Position numbers and translations under genes: made by a program. Shown piece by piece: positions 36,601 through 49,880 of a stretch of 64,000 nt of DNA; positions within the stretch are counted from its first letter, which is position 1, and each line of letters starts with the position of its first letter. Source of the stretch: Sphyrna mokarran (lineage: Eukaryota); NCBI GenBank assembly GCA_024679065.1, contig JAGIQG010000040.1, forward strand, positions 9,114,001-9,178,000. The letters run 5' to 3'. Under the pieces are notes generated by a model that was not told where the DNA came from, searched no databases, and saw nothing but the letters and a program-made list of their open reading frames with translations.

Positions 36601-39600
36601 ACGAACAAAATACTGGTCTGTGGGGTACAGATTGTTATTGGATGAATTGACCCTTTACAGGGCCAATACATAACATGACGATTCAAAATGGCCTTCTCTG
36701 CTGTAAATACTCCATCAATGTTGAAAGGGAGACAGTGGCATAGTGGTAATATCTCTGCGAGAGTAATTCTGAAGGTCGTCAAATTTCTCAAGATAAATAT
36801 TCAAATCCAACTACAACAGGTTTTAAAATGCAATTACAATTTTGAATTTAAAGGTCGTTTCTGTAATTGCGACCATGACAAGAAATGTATCAGATTCTCT
36901 AATGCCCTGCAGAAAAGGAAACCTTCCAACATTCCCCAGTTTAGCCCAGAGGTAACTCTAGGGGTACACACGCTTGGCGATTATGTGCCTTCCATTATGG
37001 TCTAGAAAACCAGTAAATTCAGTGTATTACCGATTGCCAATATATGCCGGCCCTTACCAACTGGGAGACATCTCAAAAAAGAATAAGAAGCAGCAACTGA
37101 AATCAGCATTTCGCAACATCTGCAATGGCAAAATTAGTCCAGGAGATGGCAGTAAAACAGTGTTTTTTTTAAGCACGACGCAATCCAGATGATCATCTCG
37201 GTCATTTGTATAATAGACTCAGTCTTTGTCCATCCTAAACGTGACCCAGTTTATATGACAGAAAATCATATTTCAGATTATTTGACATTAATTCTTAGTT
37301 GATTCTGTACTCAGCAAAACCCCAGTTGTTATATACTGCACCAAGCCTCATTTGACATTACACCGTTCAGTCTGGCAGTTATGACAGCAAGGAATTCATT
37401 CTCGTCTAATGACATGAAACTCCTTATCTCCGCTGTTACTTCACTAGACCCTCTCTCTCCTGATAATGAACCAGGACATGTTACTGTTTGCATTATACGA
37501 GGCTCAAACTCAGTTATTACATTGCTGGAACTGCCTGGTATAAAGAAACATTGACAATATCTCAATCACAGCTGCACTAGTCCACGTCCCTACTTATACC
37601 GAATAATAACCTGTCTGTAATTATTATTCTATTTCATGATTTATTTATTGCTGCAATTGTCCCTGTCAAAGTATATATCAATCAAAAGGCTTGGTTTGGA
37701 ATTACTGCCTCGGCTTTTTCTCAGTTTATATTGCACAATGGCCAGAATCAGTCAAAATTACACTGGGCCCGGTGACAGTTTTATTGCGCTAGATGCTTTC
37801 TCCTTTATTAATGCGCCAAACCATACCTCTGTTCATTTTACACATTATCCTTTCTCAATTATTGCTTTACTCTGCGTTGCCTCGCTTTTTATTCCGCTGG
37901 GCTACATCTCTGATTATATCACACTAGATCATGTCCCTATTTTCTGATAACGCTGACATGCTGGAACCAGTTTCAGTTTAAATTAGAATGCACTTTGTCT
38001 CTGCGTGTACTGAAATAGACCATGTCTTTTGTCAAAACTGAGTATGACATGTCTCTGTTTATATGAGAAAACACCATACTGTTTAGTAATATACTGCATA
38101 CATTCTCTCAGTAATGACTGAACTGCATTCATATTAGTACAGGTGTATCGATATCTGTTGCATTTGGCTCTGTCTCTGTATTAGTTCACACAACCCATCC
38201 CACGTTTATCTTAGGATACATAGTATTAGTTGAGTTGGCCTTGCAGGGATTTGTGTGCTAATCACGGTCTGGAAATCCTATGACAATCGCAGGAGTGACT
38301 GACTCCACCAGACTAAGAGCTGTTAGTCCCAAGGAGTGGGGCGGTTGGAGGAAGGGTGTTAATCATGGTGGACTCCATAAAGTTTTGTTATCTGAGATAA
38401 CAAAAGCGAATCTATCAGAGGAACAGAAAATAATCTGCTCCTTCTCATTCTTGCAGGCAGTTCCACATTTATAGCAGAATTAGGAACTAATATGAGACAC
38501 TTCATCCGATGAAAAAAAAAACAGTGCAATAAATGGTAAGGGAATCTGCGTTTTTCCTAGGCAACTTCGATCCAATGCTCATATGTTCAAAGTGATGGCT
38601 TGTAAATAGAATTGAATTTCGGAATGGTTCCTGGCAATTACACACACACACGCACACACACGCACACACACACACACACAATTGTTGTCAAAAGATATAA
38701 GAAAAGACGATAGCTGTTAAAAAATGTATTTTATTCAGTCTTAATGAATGATAGGGAGAGACACAAAGCAAATGCCAGGCCAGTTATACAGACGAATCAT
38801 CAAACTGGTCCCATTCTCAAATTTTAGCCTCATGGAGAACATATCTAATTTATTTTCCAAAGCTTCTGTGAAATCAGCTCGATCAATCTTTCAAGCTGTT
38901 CATTCTAGTTCATAACAACACTTGTGTAAAATAAACAGTCCCGTTTCTGTCTCTCTGCTCAATAAAATAAACCTGTGCCCACGGGTTGCTGACCATCCTC
39001 CCAATTGAAATATTCTCTCTTTATTTAACCCACTGGCAGCTTCGCGATTTTAAATACTAATAAAAGTGTTCAAAAGACTGACAAGGAGTGGAGAACGACA
39101 CCGAGAGTTCGGGGAAAGAAAAATGGAGTGCTGAAAGATAAATGCTTGGGAACAAAAAATAAATAGCAGATGGAGAGAAAATGATCAAACAATGAAAGAT
39201 AATAACTATCATTCCCTTTCTTCACAGAACCCGGGGTAACTCAGTGATCCATCCAGTTATGTCTGGGAATGGAAACTCTGAACAGATCACACCAGACTCA
39301 TATGTAAATGTCACCGCAATGTGATCTGTGTGACTCTGCCCTGACTCTGTGGACAGATATAGGCCGCACTGACAGATGTTCTCACCAGATTGTGGGCTCT
39401 GGATTTATTTTCTGCTCAGAAGTGAGATGTGCGGTTTGGAAGCGGCAGCATGAAACAGGAAGTTGTGTTACCTGAGAATGAAACAACCGGGGCCAGTTTG
39501 ATGTTATCACCGTGAACAATCTTCCTGCCTGTGAGGGTGAACTCACTCTGAAAACACCAAGAACAGTCACACAGATTGCTGCCGGTCTCAGCATTACATT

Positions 39601-42439
39601 CACCTCCATTCCCATTTTAATTTATCAAGAAAATTATCATATTTGTGGTTTACATATATTGATTGAAGGGAAGATGGACTGAAGATTATCACTAATAGAA
39701 AAGAGGGAAAATTAAAGCCATTTTTTCCCTTCGGAGGTATTCTAAAGTAGAAACTTACAGTGTTTTATTTGTTGTGTGACAGAAATAGAGGAGAGAGATT
39801 AAGTGAGTGAACTGGCCTGTTTCCGGCACTGAATTTTCCTCTGATGAGACTTTTTCCTTCACCTTTTCAGTACAAGGCGCCTTAAACAACAAAAAAGAAC
39901 TTTTCCCCCACCAACTAGTAGCCAGATCGGCTTCTGTGCATTTGTATAAGTGAATTAATGGAGACTAACAGAGCAGCAGAAGTTATGTAATTTAGTTGCA
40001 GTCTGAAACAGAGAGAGGAGAAAAGTTCAGTGAGTCATTTGAAAGCTGCGTTGCCTTGGCGGCAGAATGGCCAGCTGTACATCACATTCAGGAGCGTCCA
40101 GGACAATTCATTAACTTTGGGTATTGACTGAGACATGAAATGTGTAACTGAATACTGAATAAGTTACCCATAGAATGTTTAAACGTAACTGTAGTTATTT
40201 ACACAGTGGTACCTTACACAGTTACTGACCCAGGTTCCATGTCGGCACGAGTAACTGTGTGATGTGTTCATATTCACCCCGTGTGTGCTTGGGTTTCCTC
40301 CAGGTTTACCACTTTCCCCCTACAGTTCAATGATGTAAAGGTTAATTGGAGTGGCCACGCTGAATTGCCCCTTAATGCAACGTGGCATAAGTTTGATCTG
40401 TTCCTCAATCCCCTTTAAACAAAAACATGTTGCACGATTCATCGCAAGTTTTCAAGAAAATATTACACACAATATGAGAGTAATTAGGCATTATACGCGA
40501 CACTTATTAGTTAGTAACAATAACTAATGAACTCCTTTCATCCACATAATTATACTGATTTTTAAGTTAATATACATCTATTCTTCTCAATCACTTTTCC
40601 TTTCATTCCATCTATCAGACGCATTTTACAGAAAAACAATTATTGAAATAGTGCCTGCTTTATTATGAGGAATCAGTGTGATACAAAGTAACGCACGGAT
40701 GCGTTCATAGAGCCCAGCACAATAATACCCGAGATACAATTTCATATAACGTAAGTGCCAGAAGTGATGATTTGCAGCATTTATCACGGCATGTGTTCAT
40801 GTATTCATAAATGAAGTGGCGCATAATTTAGTGTCTACAGATTCAAGGTTTATTGCAATAATGTAAATTCAAATGAAATAAATGCAGTGTATAAAGAGAC
40901 ATAGCCGAGTGCATTACTGTACAAGAATGCACCACATGTGTTATTGCACTGAATATTGTCAAATGCAGTAATAACTGAGATAGGATTAATTGTATCCCTT
41001 ATAGAAACAAGGTTCAGCGCATTAATAAATTAAACTTCAATTGTGTGATACACACAAATACAGTGCTTTAAGAAAGGAAAAAAAAGAGTCATGGCCTCGT
41101 ACATTACTGAGACAACTCCTGTGCAAGATGAAGTATTAACATGGTAAAATGCAGTAATAACTGAAGGAGGTATAGTGTGATAAATCTGAAGTCAGGACTT
41201 AGTAAAATATACACATATACATTGCCCATTCTGGAAACCAATTAGAAAAGGTCAACCATTTCTTCCAAAGAATCATAACCTAATTCAATAGTAATGATAT
41301 ATGATCTAATGTTATGAATCAGGGAGGATGAACTGCGATGTTGACTGAGAAAGGAGAATGAAAGAGAGAGAGAAAGAGAGAGAATTGAATAAGTGCAAGA
41401 ATAACATTCCAGATAGCGTCTATTGTCATATAATTAAATATTGGATCTTGTACAGAATAAATACAAGTATGGACTGGTGTAATGTAATCAGAGGGATGGT
41501 TCCGTTAATTCACAATTAATAAAGCAGTGTCTTCTGTAAACTGGTCCGCTTGCCAGTGGATAATATGTTTTTCTGAATGAGTAACGCATTCCCGTTCATA
41601 GCTTTGAAATGTTGTACCAAATCTCCCATAAACTGCTCAGTTCAGGAAAAAAAACTCAGGTTCAGTTGTTCTGATAGTGCAGTTCATGCATGATTAACAT
41701 CAAGCTCTGTAAGAGCTTCTGCCTCGTATGTTTCTCGATGACATTGTAGGAATTGATAGAATTTTAAAAGGATTCACATTAATCATTGCCATCGTGTCAG
41801 ATTAAGAATCAAGGCTAGGAGAAGACTTGTTTCTGACAATTAAATGCACCAGTGTAATATTGGACACAGATCTCAGAATTTAGATGCACTGCACTAAATG
41901 TCATAATGGCAAAACTCAAAGTGTGAGCAATTAACAGCCTTTTCTCAGTGGAATCAATATAAGTTTCGAATCAAATGGTAATGTGTTCAATTCCCACAAC
42001 AGATGATTGACTTTATGATCCAACATGTGAACCAGTGCTGTATGTTCATTTATTCCATTATTAGATGTGGTGATATTTCAGTCTAAGGAGTAATACAACA
42101 ACATTACAGTTATCAAGATAATATTCCAGAAGCTTGAACTAATGTTCCGGAGCCAGAAGTTCAAATTCTGTAAATGTCTGTATGGATTCCCTTGTGTTGC
42201 TCCAGTTTCCCTCCACAGTCCAATGATGTGTGAGTAAGATAAGCTGACCAAACTAAATTATCCTTAGTGTCCCAGCATATGTCGGTTAAATATGTGGTGT
42301 AAGTAAATATACTCACAGTGTAGTTAAGAAGGGAGTTACAGAATTTTCATCTATGGACATTGAAATACAGTGATATAGTTCCCATTCAAGTGTGGGTTTT
42401 ATGCAGACCTGCAGGGTAATTGTGTTCTTATGCAGCTAT

Positions 42440-43700
42440 TGTCCTTGTCCTTTTAAGTATCAAGGTTAATGTGTTTCGAAGCTGCATTTGAAAGATTATG
42501 TTGCTGCTATACCAGTTGTATACCGCTCAGAGGCCAGATTTGCACATCTGTGACACAGAGAGTGTATGTTTAATGTGGTGTTGGGCATTAATTGAACCGG
42601 CTGCTTTTTACTTGGTGGTGTCGAACTTGTGTGTTGTCTCAGCGCCATACTTCAGTAAAGTGGATAATATTAACTCACAATGCTGACTTTTGACCTGAAT
42701 ATGGGGGATAGGGTTTGGGAAGTCAGGAGGTGAGTTACTCCACACACATTTCCCAATCTCTGACCTGCTCTTGTAGCAATATTATTTACATGGTTGTCCC
42801 AGTTCACTTTTTAATCAATTGTAATTCCCAAAATCATGATAGTGGATGTTTTAGAATGTAGTCATTCTATTTAATGACAGGCAGAAATGTTGGGGATCTC
42901 TCTTACTTGAAAAGGTCATCGCCAACCATTTGGGCGGCGTGAATGTCACTTGGCATTTTACAGCCAAAGCCTGAATGCTTTCTAATTCTTGCTGCTTATG
43001 GACACGGGCTGCTTCAGTACCTGAGGAGTTGTAAATATGCTGAATATTGTGCAATCATCAGTGAACATCCCACTTCTGAGCTCATATTAAAGTGAGAACA
43101 TTAGGCCGAGGACTCAATCCTGAGGAGTTCCTTCAGCAATGTCCTGTAACTGAGATGATTGGCTTTCAATAACCACAGCTATCTTACACTGAACCTGGTG
43201 TGACTGAAACTGATGGATTTTTTTTCACAGATCCCCATTGGCTGCGACTTTGCTCGACTTCATGATGCCACAACCCGTCAAGGTGTTGTGTCGAGTATAG
43301 ACACCCTCAACACACATCATTAAATCAGCTATTTCCACTATATTTGGACTAAGGTTAAATCCTCCTGCTACTCCTAGTGGGATCAAAACAGAGCATCATT
43401 GAACAAATTGTTTTTAGTTGTAGTTGTAGCAGTATTGTTATCATTATTATGTTATTATTACTTTTTTGGATCATCCTTCATATTTCCAATTACATTGATG
43501 GAGTCTGGAAGCATTAGGTGACAGGTGGTCAGGTTGGATTTGTCCTGCCTTTTGCAACAGGGCATGTCTGTCAATTTCCACAATATTCTGTTTGGGGATG
43601 TGATGTAACTATATTTGAATAGATTGCCGGGGAATAGCTGGCTCCACAGCACAAATCATTATTATCATTCCTGAAATACTGTCAGGACCCATAAACTTTG
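42440..43700 (-). mobile_element. Decayed CR1/L2-like LINE RT fragment (second family; related 3' pieces at ~53800-54010 and 55010-55730)
   Basis: RC gives IQALAVKCQVTFTPPKWLAMTFSSKR, resembling the WQVTFAPHKCQAMTIS motif. Confidence 0.6.
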
Positions 43701-44399
43701 CACTGCCCAACGACTTCAGTACAGGATTAGGCCCCAGATCAATTATGATCAGATTGCGAGGCGGAGTGGGCTCCAGGGGCCGATTGGTCCACTCCTGTTC
43801 TTATGCTCCATGCTTGAAGCATCACAGGAGACCAAGATGATACATCCTCTTGGCCCTTCGGGCTGAAGATGGCAGCAATTGTTTCGGTCTTGTTTCTTTT
43901 CCCTTTTGCTGGGATCCCCCCTCATTTAGAATGGGGGTTTTATTTGAGGCTCTTGCTGCAGTCTTTTTTTCAACTATCAAGCACCATTCGGGACTGCATG
44001 TTGCAGAACTGCGAAGTTGGACCCTAACTGTAAAAATACGAATCCGAGTGATTGTGTGATGCATACATTGACATGCACTGGTGCAGTATGTGTTTAAACA
44101 GGTTGGCATATAATATAATATATTCTAATCACACTCAGCGTACATTATTTTATATATGTGTATCAGCACATGGTGCAATGTAGCATTCATTGAGACATTG
44201 CCTTCTTCATGCAATGTAAAAAATAAAGATTTTAATTCCATCTGTTGCAGTTACTGTAAAAAAGGTCGCAGTCAGCTATGATCCATGACATTAATACATC
44301 AAGAATTCACATCTATAAATATAACATCACATCCCCATCTGTGGAAGGAGCACAAATCTAAAGTGCAACGAATTGTAAATGTTGCTGAATAATGCAAGT

Positions 44400-44670
44400 T
44401 AAGTGGTATCCTGCAGGAATCTATCTTTTGGGGGTCTCAATTATTTACATTATTCATAACGGCTTAGATAATGGCACAAAAATTGAAATATCCAAATGAT
44501 AGATTAAGATATTTTTACAACGCACAAAGTTAAATTTAATGGATAGCCAGCGAGATTTGGGGGTTGAGGTACATAGCTTCTAATAATGCCACGAACTGAT
44601 GCAGGAAATAGTCAAGGAGGCCAATGGAATTCTGGCCTTCGTATCTAAAGGACTGGAGTGTAGGGATGTA
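44400..44670 (+). mobile_element. CR1 fragment, 5' part, resuming at ~53135-53790
   Basis: KEANGILAFVSKGLECRDV; the continuation MLQL... appears only after 53240. Confidence 0.7.
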
Positions 44671-45665
44671 TCTCTTTCCCTCCCTGTCCCTTTCTTTCCC
44701 TCCCTGTCCCTTTCTTTCCCTCTCTGTCTCTTTCTTTCCCTCCCTGTCTCTTTCTTTCCCTCCCTGTCTCTCTCTTTCCCTTTCTCTCTCTCTTTCCCTC
44801 TCTGTCTCTTTCTTTCCCTCTCTGTCTCTCTCTTTCCCTCCCTGCCTCTCTCTTTCCCTCTCTGCCCCTCTCTTTCCCTCTCTGCCCCTCTCTTTCCCTC
44901 TCTTTCCCTCTCTGTCCCTTTCTTTCCCTCTCTGTCCCTTTCTTTCCCTCTCTGTCCCTTTCTTTCCCTCTCTCTCCCTTTCTTTCCCTCTCTGTCCCTT
45001 TCTTTCCCTCTCTGTCCCTTTCTTTCCCTCTCTGCCTCTTTCTTTCTTTCCCTCTCTGCTCTTTCTTTCTTTCCCTCTCTGTCTTTCTTTCCTTTCCCTC
45101 TCTGTCCCTCTCTGACTCTTTCTTTCCCTCTCTGTCTCTTTCTTTCCCTCTCTGTCTTTCTTTCCCTCTCTGTCCCTCTCTTTCCCTCTCTTTCCCTCTC
45201 TGTCCCTCTCTGTCCCTCTCGACTCTTTCTTTCCTCTTCTCTTCTTTCCCTTCTCTCTTTACCCTCTCTCTCCCTCTCTTCCCTCTCTTCCCTCTCCTCT
45301 TTCTTCCCTCTCTGATTCTTTCTTCCCTCTCTCTGTCCTTCTTTCCCTCTCTCTCTTCTTTCCCTCTCTCTCTTTCTTTCCCTCTCTCTCTTTCTTTCCC
45401 TCTCTGTCCCTTCTTCCCTCTCTCTGTCCCTTTCTTTCCCTCTCTGTTCCTTCTTTCCCTCTCTGTCCCTCTCTGCTCTTTTTTCCCTCTCTGCTCCTTC
45501 TTCCATCTCGTCTCTTTCTTCCTCTCTGCCCTCTCTGTCCTCTCTTTCCCTCCTGTCCTCTCTTCCCTCTCGGACTCTTTCTTCCCTCTCTCTCTTTCTT
45601 TCCCTCTCTCTCTTTCTTACCCTCTCTCTGCCCCTCTCTGTCCCTCTCTGTCCCTTTCTTTCCCT
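44671..45665. repeat. Polypyrimidine minisatellite (~20-bp TCTTTCCCTCTCTGTCCCTT units)
   Basis: Direct reading; followed by a C-rich tract to ~47030 that includes a 28-bp x4 repeat at ~45986-46100. Confidence 0.9.
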
Positions 45666-47785
45666 TCTGACTTTTTTTAAAGAGGACCCCCTGGCCCTCT
45701 TTAATGTCCCCCTTCCCCTCTACTTCCTCACTGCTCAAACCTAAGTCCCTCCACTTAAACCCCTCTAACCCTCCCCACTGCCACATCTCTCTCTGCCTCC
45801 TTCCCTGATCCTCTCTGCCAAATCTTCACCCCACCTCGCTCAAAGGCACCCACAGCCAAATCCCCCGGGATCCCCCCTGAGCCCACTCCCAGTCCTTCTA
45901 AACCCTCAATCTCTCCTAATTCCCCTCCACACACTTTCTCCTGCCTGATTCCCTATCCCTCTGCCCGTTCTCCTTTAATCCCAGACCTCTTCCCCTCAAT
46001 CTCTCCCACGGCCCTCTTCCCCTCAATCTATCTCCCACACCCCTCTTCCCCTCAATCTCTCTCCCACACCCCCCTTCCCCTCAATCTCTCTCCCACACCC
46101 ACTGCCGATCTGACTCTTAAACCCCCAGAATCTCCCAAGTTCCTGCCCCAATTCCTGAGCCCCCCAAAGCTCCCTCTGCCCCCCTCCCCAACTCTGACTT
46201 GCTCCCCCTTCTGCTAACTCCCACTCAAACCCTCTCCAGATTCTAACCCCCCTGAGATTCCTCTTGACTCCCCTCTGAATGTCTCCCTGGATTGCCCCCC
46301 CGCACCCTTGCTGTGTCCCTCTGATTCCGAAACCTGTCCCAATTCCTGTGCCTCCCCCAAAGGTCCTGCGTCAATTCCTCTACCCCTCCCTGCAATCCTG
46401 ACTTGCACCCGCTTCCGCTAACTCCCTCTCTAACTCCGTACCCCGTTCACACCCTCTCCAGATTCGAATCCCCCCAAATGTCTCACTGACTCAATGCTGC
46501 ATCCCTCTGCCCCCCAATCCTGCTCCCTCTCCAATCCCACCCCCTTCATTCTGTCTGTGCCCCGTACTACATCTTTAAATCTCTCCACTTTTGAGTCACT
46601 CCCCCTCCCACATCCCTCAGACCCCCAAAATCCCCCTCGAAGGCCCCATTCCCAAATCGCTCTCAATTCTTCCCCATTCCCTCCCTCTCAGTCCCTGCTG
46701 CTGAATCTGTAAATCCCAAAGTCGCCACGAGACCCCCCTGTAAATCCCCCTGAATCTAATTCTCCACCGCAATCCCTTTGAGTCTCCCCCTACATCCTCC
46801 TTTGCTCTCCCCGTGAATCCTCTACTCCCCCCACTCCAGCTGAATCTCCTCCCTCCCCGCAATCCCTCTAAATCTCTCAGCCACCGAATCCATCCCTCTC
46901 GGCCTTATACTCACACCCCACTGCCCAAACCCTCTTCAATCCCCCTCCAAATCCCTTCAGCACTCAATCCCTCTAAGTTCTCCCTCCTGCCCTCGCCTTG
47001 GCAAATTCCCACTCCCTCCCTGTGAAAAGCCCTGAGACCGACAGAATGCTCTTCCCTCCCTCTTGCTAACTCCTCCCTCTTGAGGCAGGACCCCCCCTTT
47101 CTAATTACTGTACTGTACTAAGTTACTGTGAAAAGATAGAGATGGTTGGCAGAATGCTGCTGTAATTCAGACAGAATGATACAGAGGGGAGGGGAGAAGG
47201 GATGCAGAGATAGAGAGCAGGCTGCTGTGATTGATAACATCATCCAGCGGGAGAGATGTGCAGAGAGGCTACAAAGTGAGGTGTGGAGATAAATAGAATG
47301 GGGAGCTTTGGAGAGAAAGAGTGGCAAAGTTTCAAAGAGAGTGAGTGAAAGTTAGAGGGAATGAGAGAGAAAGGAAAAGATGCTGCCATTGTGAGAGGCT
47401 GAGGTATAAAGGATGGGGAGAGACAGCGATTGCAAAGATGTGCAGAAACAGTTCTGAGGATGGGGCAGTTACACAGAGCTTCAGGGAGAGGGATTGGAAT
47501 CTGTGGGATTACATTGGAGTAGGGAATCATTCAGAATACCCCCCCTCCCCCTGACACACAGACCACTAACCCTCAGTATAAAAGCCCCACCAGTCTATCT
47601 AACTCTCCATTCCTGCCGACCCCCTGATAACCTCTCAACCTCCCCCCCCTCCCCCCCCCCCCGCCCCCCCCACCCCCACACCGGCCTTGTTCATCTTCAA
47701 TCGATCAAACTCTGGGTGGAAAATACTCAAAACCTCTGCTCACATTGCCTTTATCACCTCTCCTCCATCCAGCTGGAGAGGGTTA

Positions 47786-48975
47786 CACAGAGAGACAGAA
47801 TAGAGAGAGAGAGAGTAACAGAGAGAGAGTAACAGAGAGAGAGAGAGAGTAGAGAGACAGAGAGAGAGTAACAGAGAGAGAGAGTACAGAGAGAGAGAGT
47901 AACAGAGAGAGAGAGAGAGTAAAGAGAGAGAGAGAGTAAACAGAGGAGAGTAACAGAGAGAGAGAGAGAGAAAAAGAGAGAGAGAGGACGGATAGAGAGA
48001 GACAGAAACAGAGAGAGAGAGAGAGAGGGAGTAACAGAGAGAGAGAGAGAGAGTAACAGAGAGACAGAGACAGATAGAGAGAGACAGAAACAGAGAGAGA
48101 GAGTAACAGAGAGAGAGAGAGTAACAGAAGAGAGAGAGAGTAACAGAGAGAGAGAGGAAGAGAGAGAGAGTAACAGAGAGAGAGAGAGACAGGATAGAGA
48201 GAGACAGAAACAGAGAGAGAGAGAGAGAGAGTAAACAGAGAGAGAGAGAGTAACAGAGAGAGAGAGACAGGATAGAGAGAGACAAAAACAGAGAAGAGAG
48301 AGAGAGTAACAGAGAGAGAGAGTAACAGAGAGAGAGAGAGAGAACAGAGAGAGAGAGGATAGAGAGAGACAGTAACAGAGAGAGTAAGAGAGAGAGAGAG
48401 AGAGAGTAACAGAGAGAGAGAGGATAGAGAGAGACAGTAACAGAGAGAGAGAGAGAGAGTAACAGAGAGAGAGGATAGAGAGAGAGAGTAACAGAGAGAG
48501 AGAGAGAGAGAGGATAGAGTGAGAGATTAAGAGAGAGAAAGAGACAGGATAGAGAGAGAGAAAGAAACAGAGAGAGAAAGTAACAGAGAGAGAGGATAGA
48601 GTGACAGATTAACGGAGAGAGAGAGACAGGATAGAGACAGACAGAGTAACAGAGAGAGAGAGAGAGTATCAGAAAGAGTGAGACAGAATAGAGAGACAGT
48701 AACAGAGAGAGAGAGAGACAGGGTAGAGAGAGAGAGAGTAACAGGGAGAGAGAGAGTAACAGAGAGAGTGAGACAGAATAGAGAGACAGTAACAGAGAGA
48801 GAGAGACAGGGTAGAGAGAGAGAGAGAGAGTAACAGAGAGAGAGAATCAGGATAGAGGGAGAGAGAGAGTAACAGAGAGAGAGAGGATAGACTGAGAGAG
48901 AGCAACAGGGAGAGAGAGACAGGATAGAGACAGAGAGAGTAATAGAGAGAGAGAGAGAGTAACAGAGAGAGAGAA
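47786..48975. repeat. (AG)n-based minisatellite with GTAACAG/GGATAG interruptions
   Basis: Direct reading. Confidence 0.9.
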
Positions 48976-49037
48976 ACTCTGAGAAACTTTGGGTGGAAAC
49001 TGACCCAATCTAGGCATTGTAGCAATGATCGCTGCTA

Positions 49038-49880
49038 TAAACTTCTCTCAGTTATTACAATCTGGGCCTTGTATCAGTAATCTCTACCCTAAACCTCTCT
49101 CAGTTATTACAATCTGGACCTTGTATCAGTAATCTCTGCCCTAAACCTCTCTCAGTTATTACAATCTGGGCCTTGTATCAGTAATCTCTGCCCTAAACCT
49201 CTCTCAGTTATTACAATCTGGGCCTTGTATCAGTAATCTCTGCCCTAAACCTCTCTCAGTTATTACAATCTGGGCCTTGTATCAGTAATCTCTGCCCTAA
49301 ACCCTCTCAGTTATTACAATCTGGGCCTTGTATCAGTAATCTCTGCCCTAAACCTCTCTCAGTTATTACAATCTGGGCCTTGTATCAGTAATCTCTACCC
49401 TAAACCTCTCTGTTATTACAATCTGGGCCTTGTATCAGTAATCTCTGCCCTAAACCTCTCTCAGTTATTACAATCTGGGCCTTGTATCAGTAATCTCTGC
49501 CCTAAACCTCTCTCAGTTATTACAATCTGGGCCTTGTATCAGTAATCTCTGCCCTAAACCTCTCTCAGTTATTACAATCTGGGCCTTGTATCAGTAATCT
49601 CTGCCCTAAACCTCTCTCAATTATTACAATCTGGGCCTTGTATCAGTAATCTCTGCCCTAAACCTCTCTCAGTTATTACAATCTGGGCCTTGTATTAGTA
49701 AGCTCTGCCCTAAACCTCTCTCAGTTATTACAATCTGGGCCTTGTATTAGTAATCTCTGCCCTAAACCTCTCTCAGTTATTACAATCTGGGCCTTGCATT
49801 AGTAAGCTCTGCCCTAAACCTCTCTCAGTTATTACAATCTGGGCCTTGTATTAGTAAGCTCTGCCCAAAACCCATCTCAG
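49038..49880. repeat. 52-bp tandem repeat, ~16 near-identical copies
   Basis: Unit TAAACCTCTCTCAGTTATTACAATCTGGGCCTTGTATCAGTAATCTCTGCCC; period 52 (49090, 49142, ...). Confidence 0.95.

Noticed and set aside
44580-45786. Long ORFs (308, 238, 163, 175 aa) rich in E/R/K or S/L/F/P
   Set aside because: Stop-free translations of a purine/pyrimidine minisatellite.
47740-49025. Leu/Ser-rich ORFs on the minus strand
   Set aside because: Translations of the (AG)n satellite.
49038-49880. CRISPR-like array
   Set aside because: Head-to-tail identical units with no unique spacers, no cas genes, and a vertebrate context.
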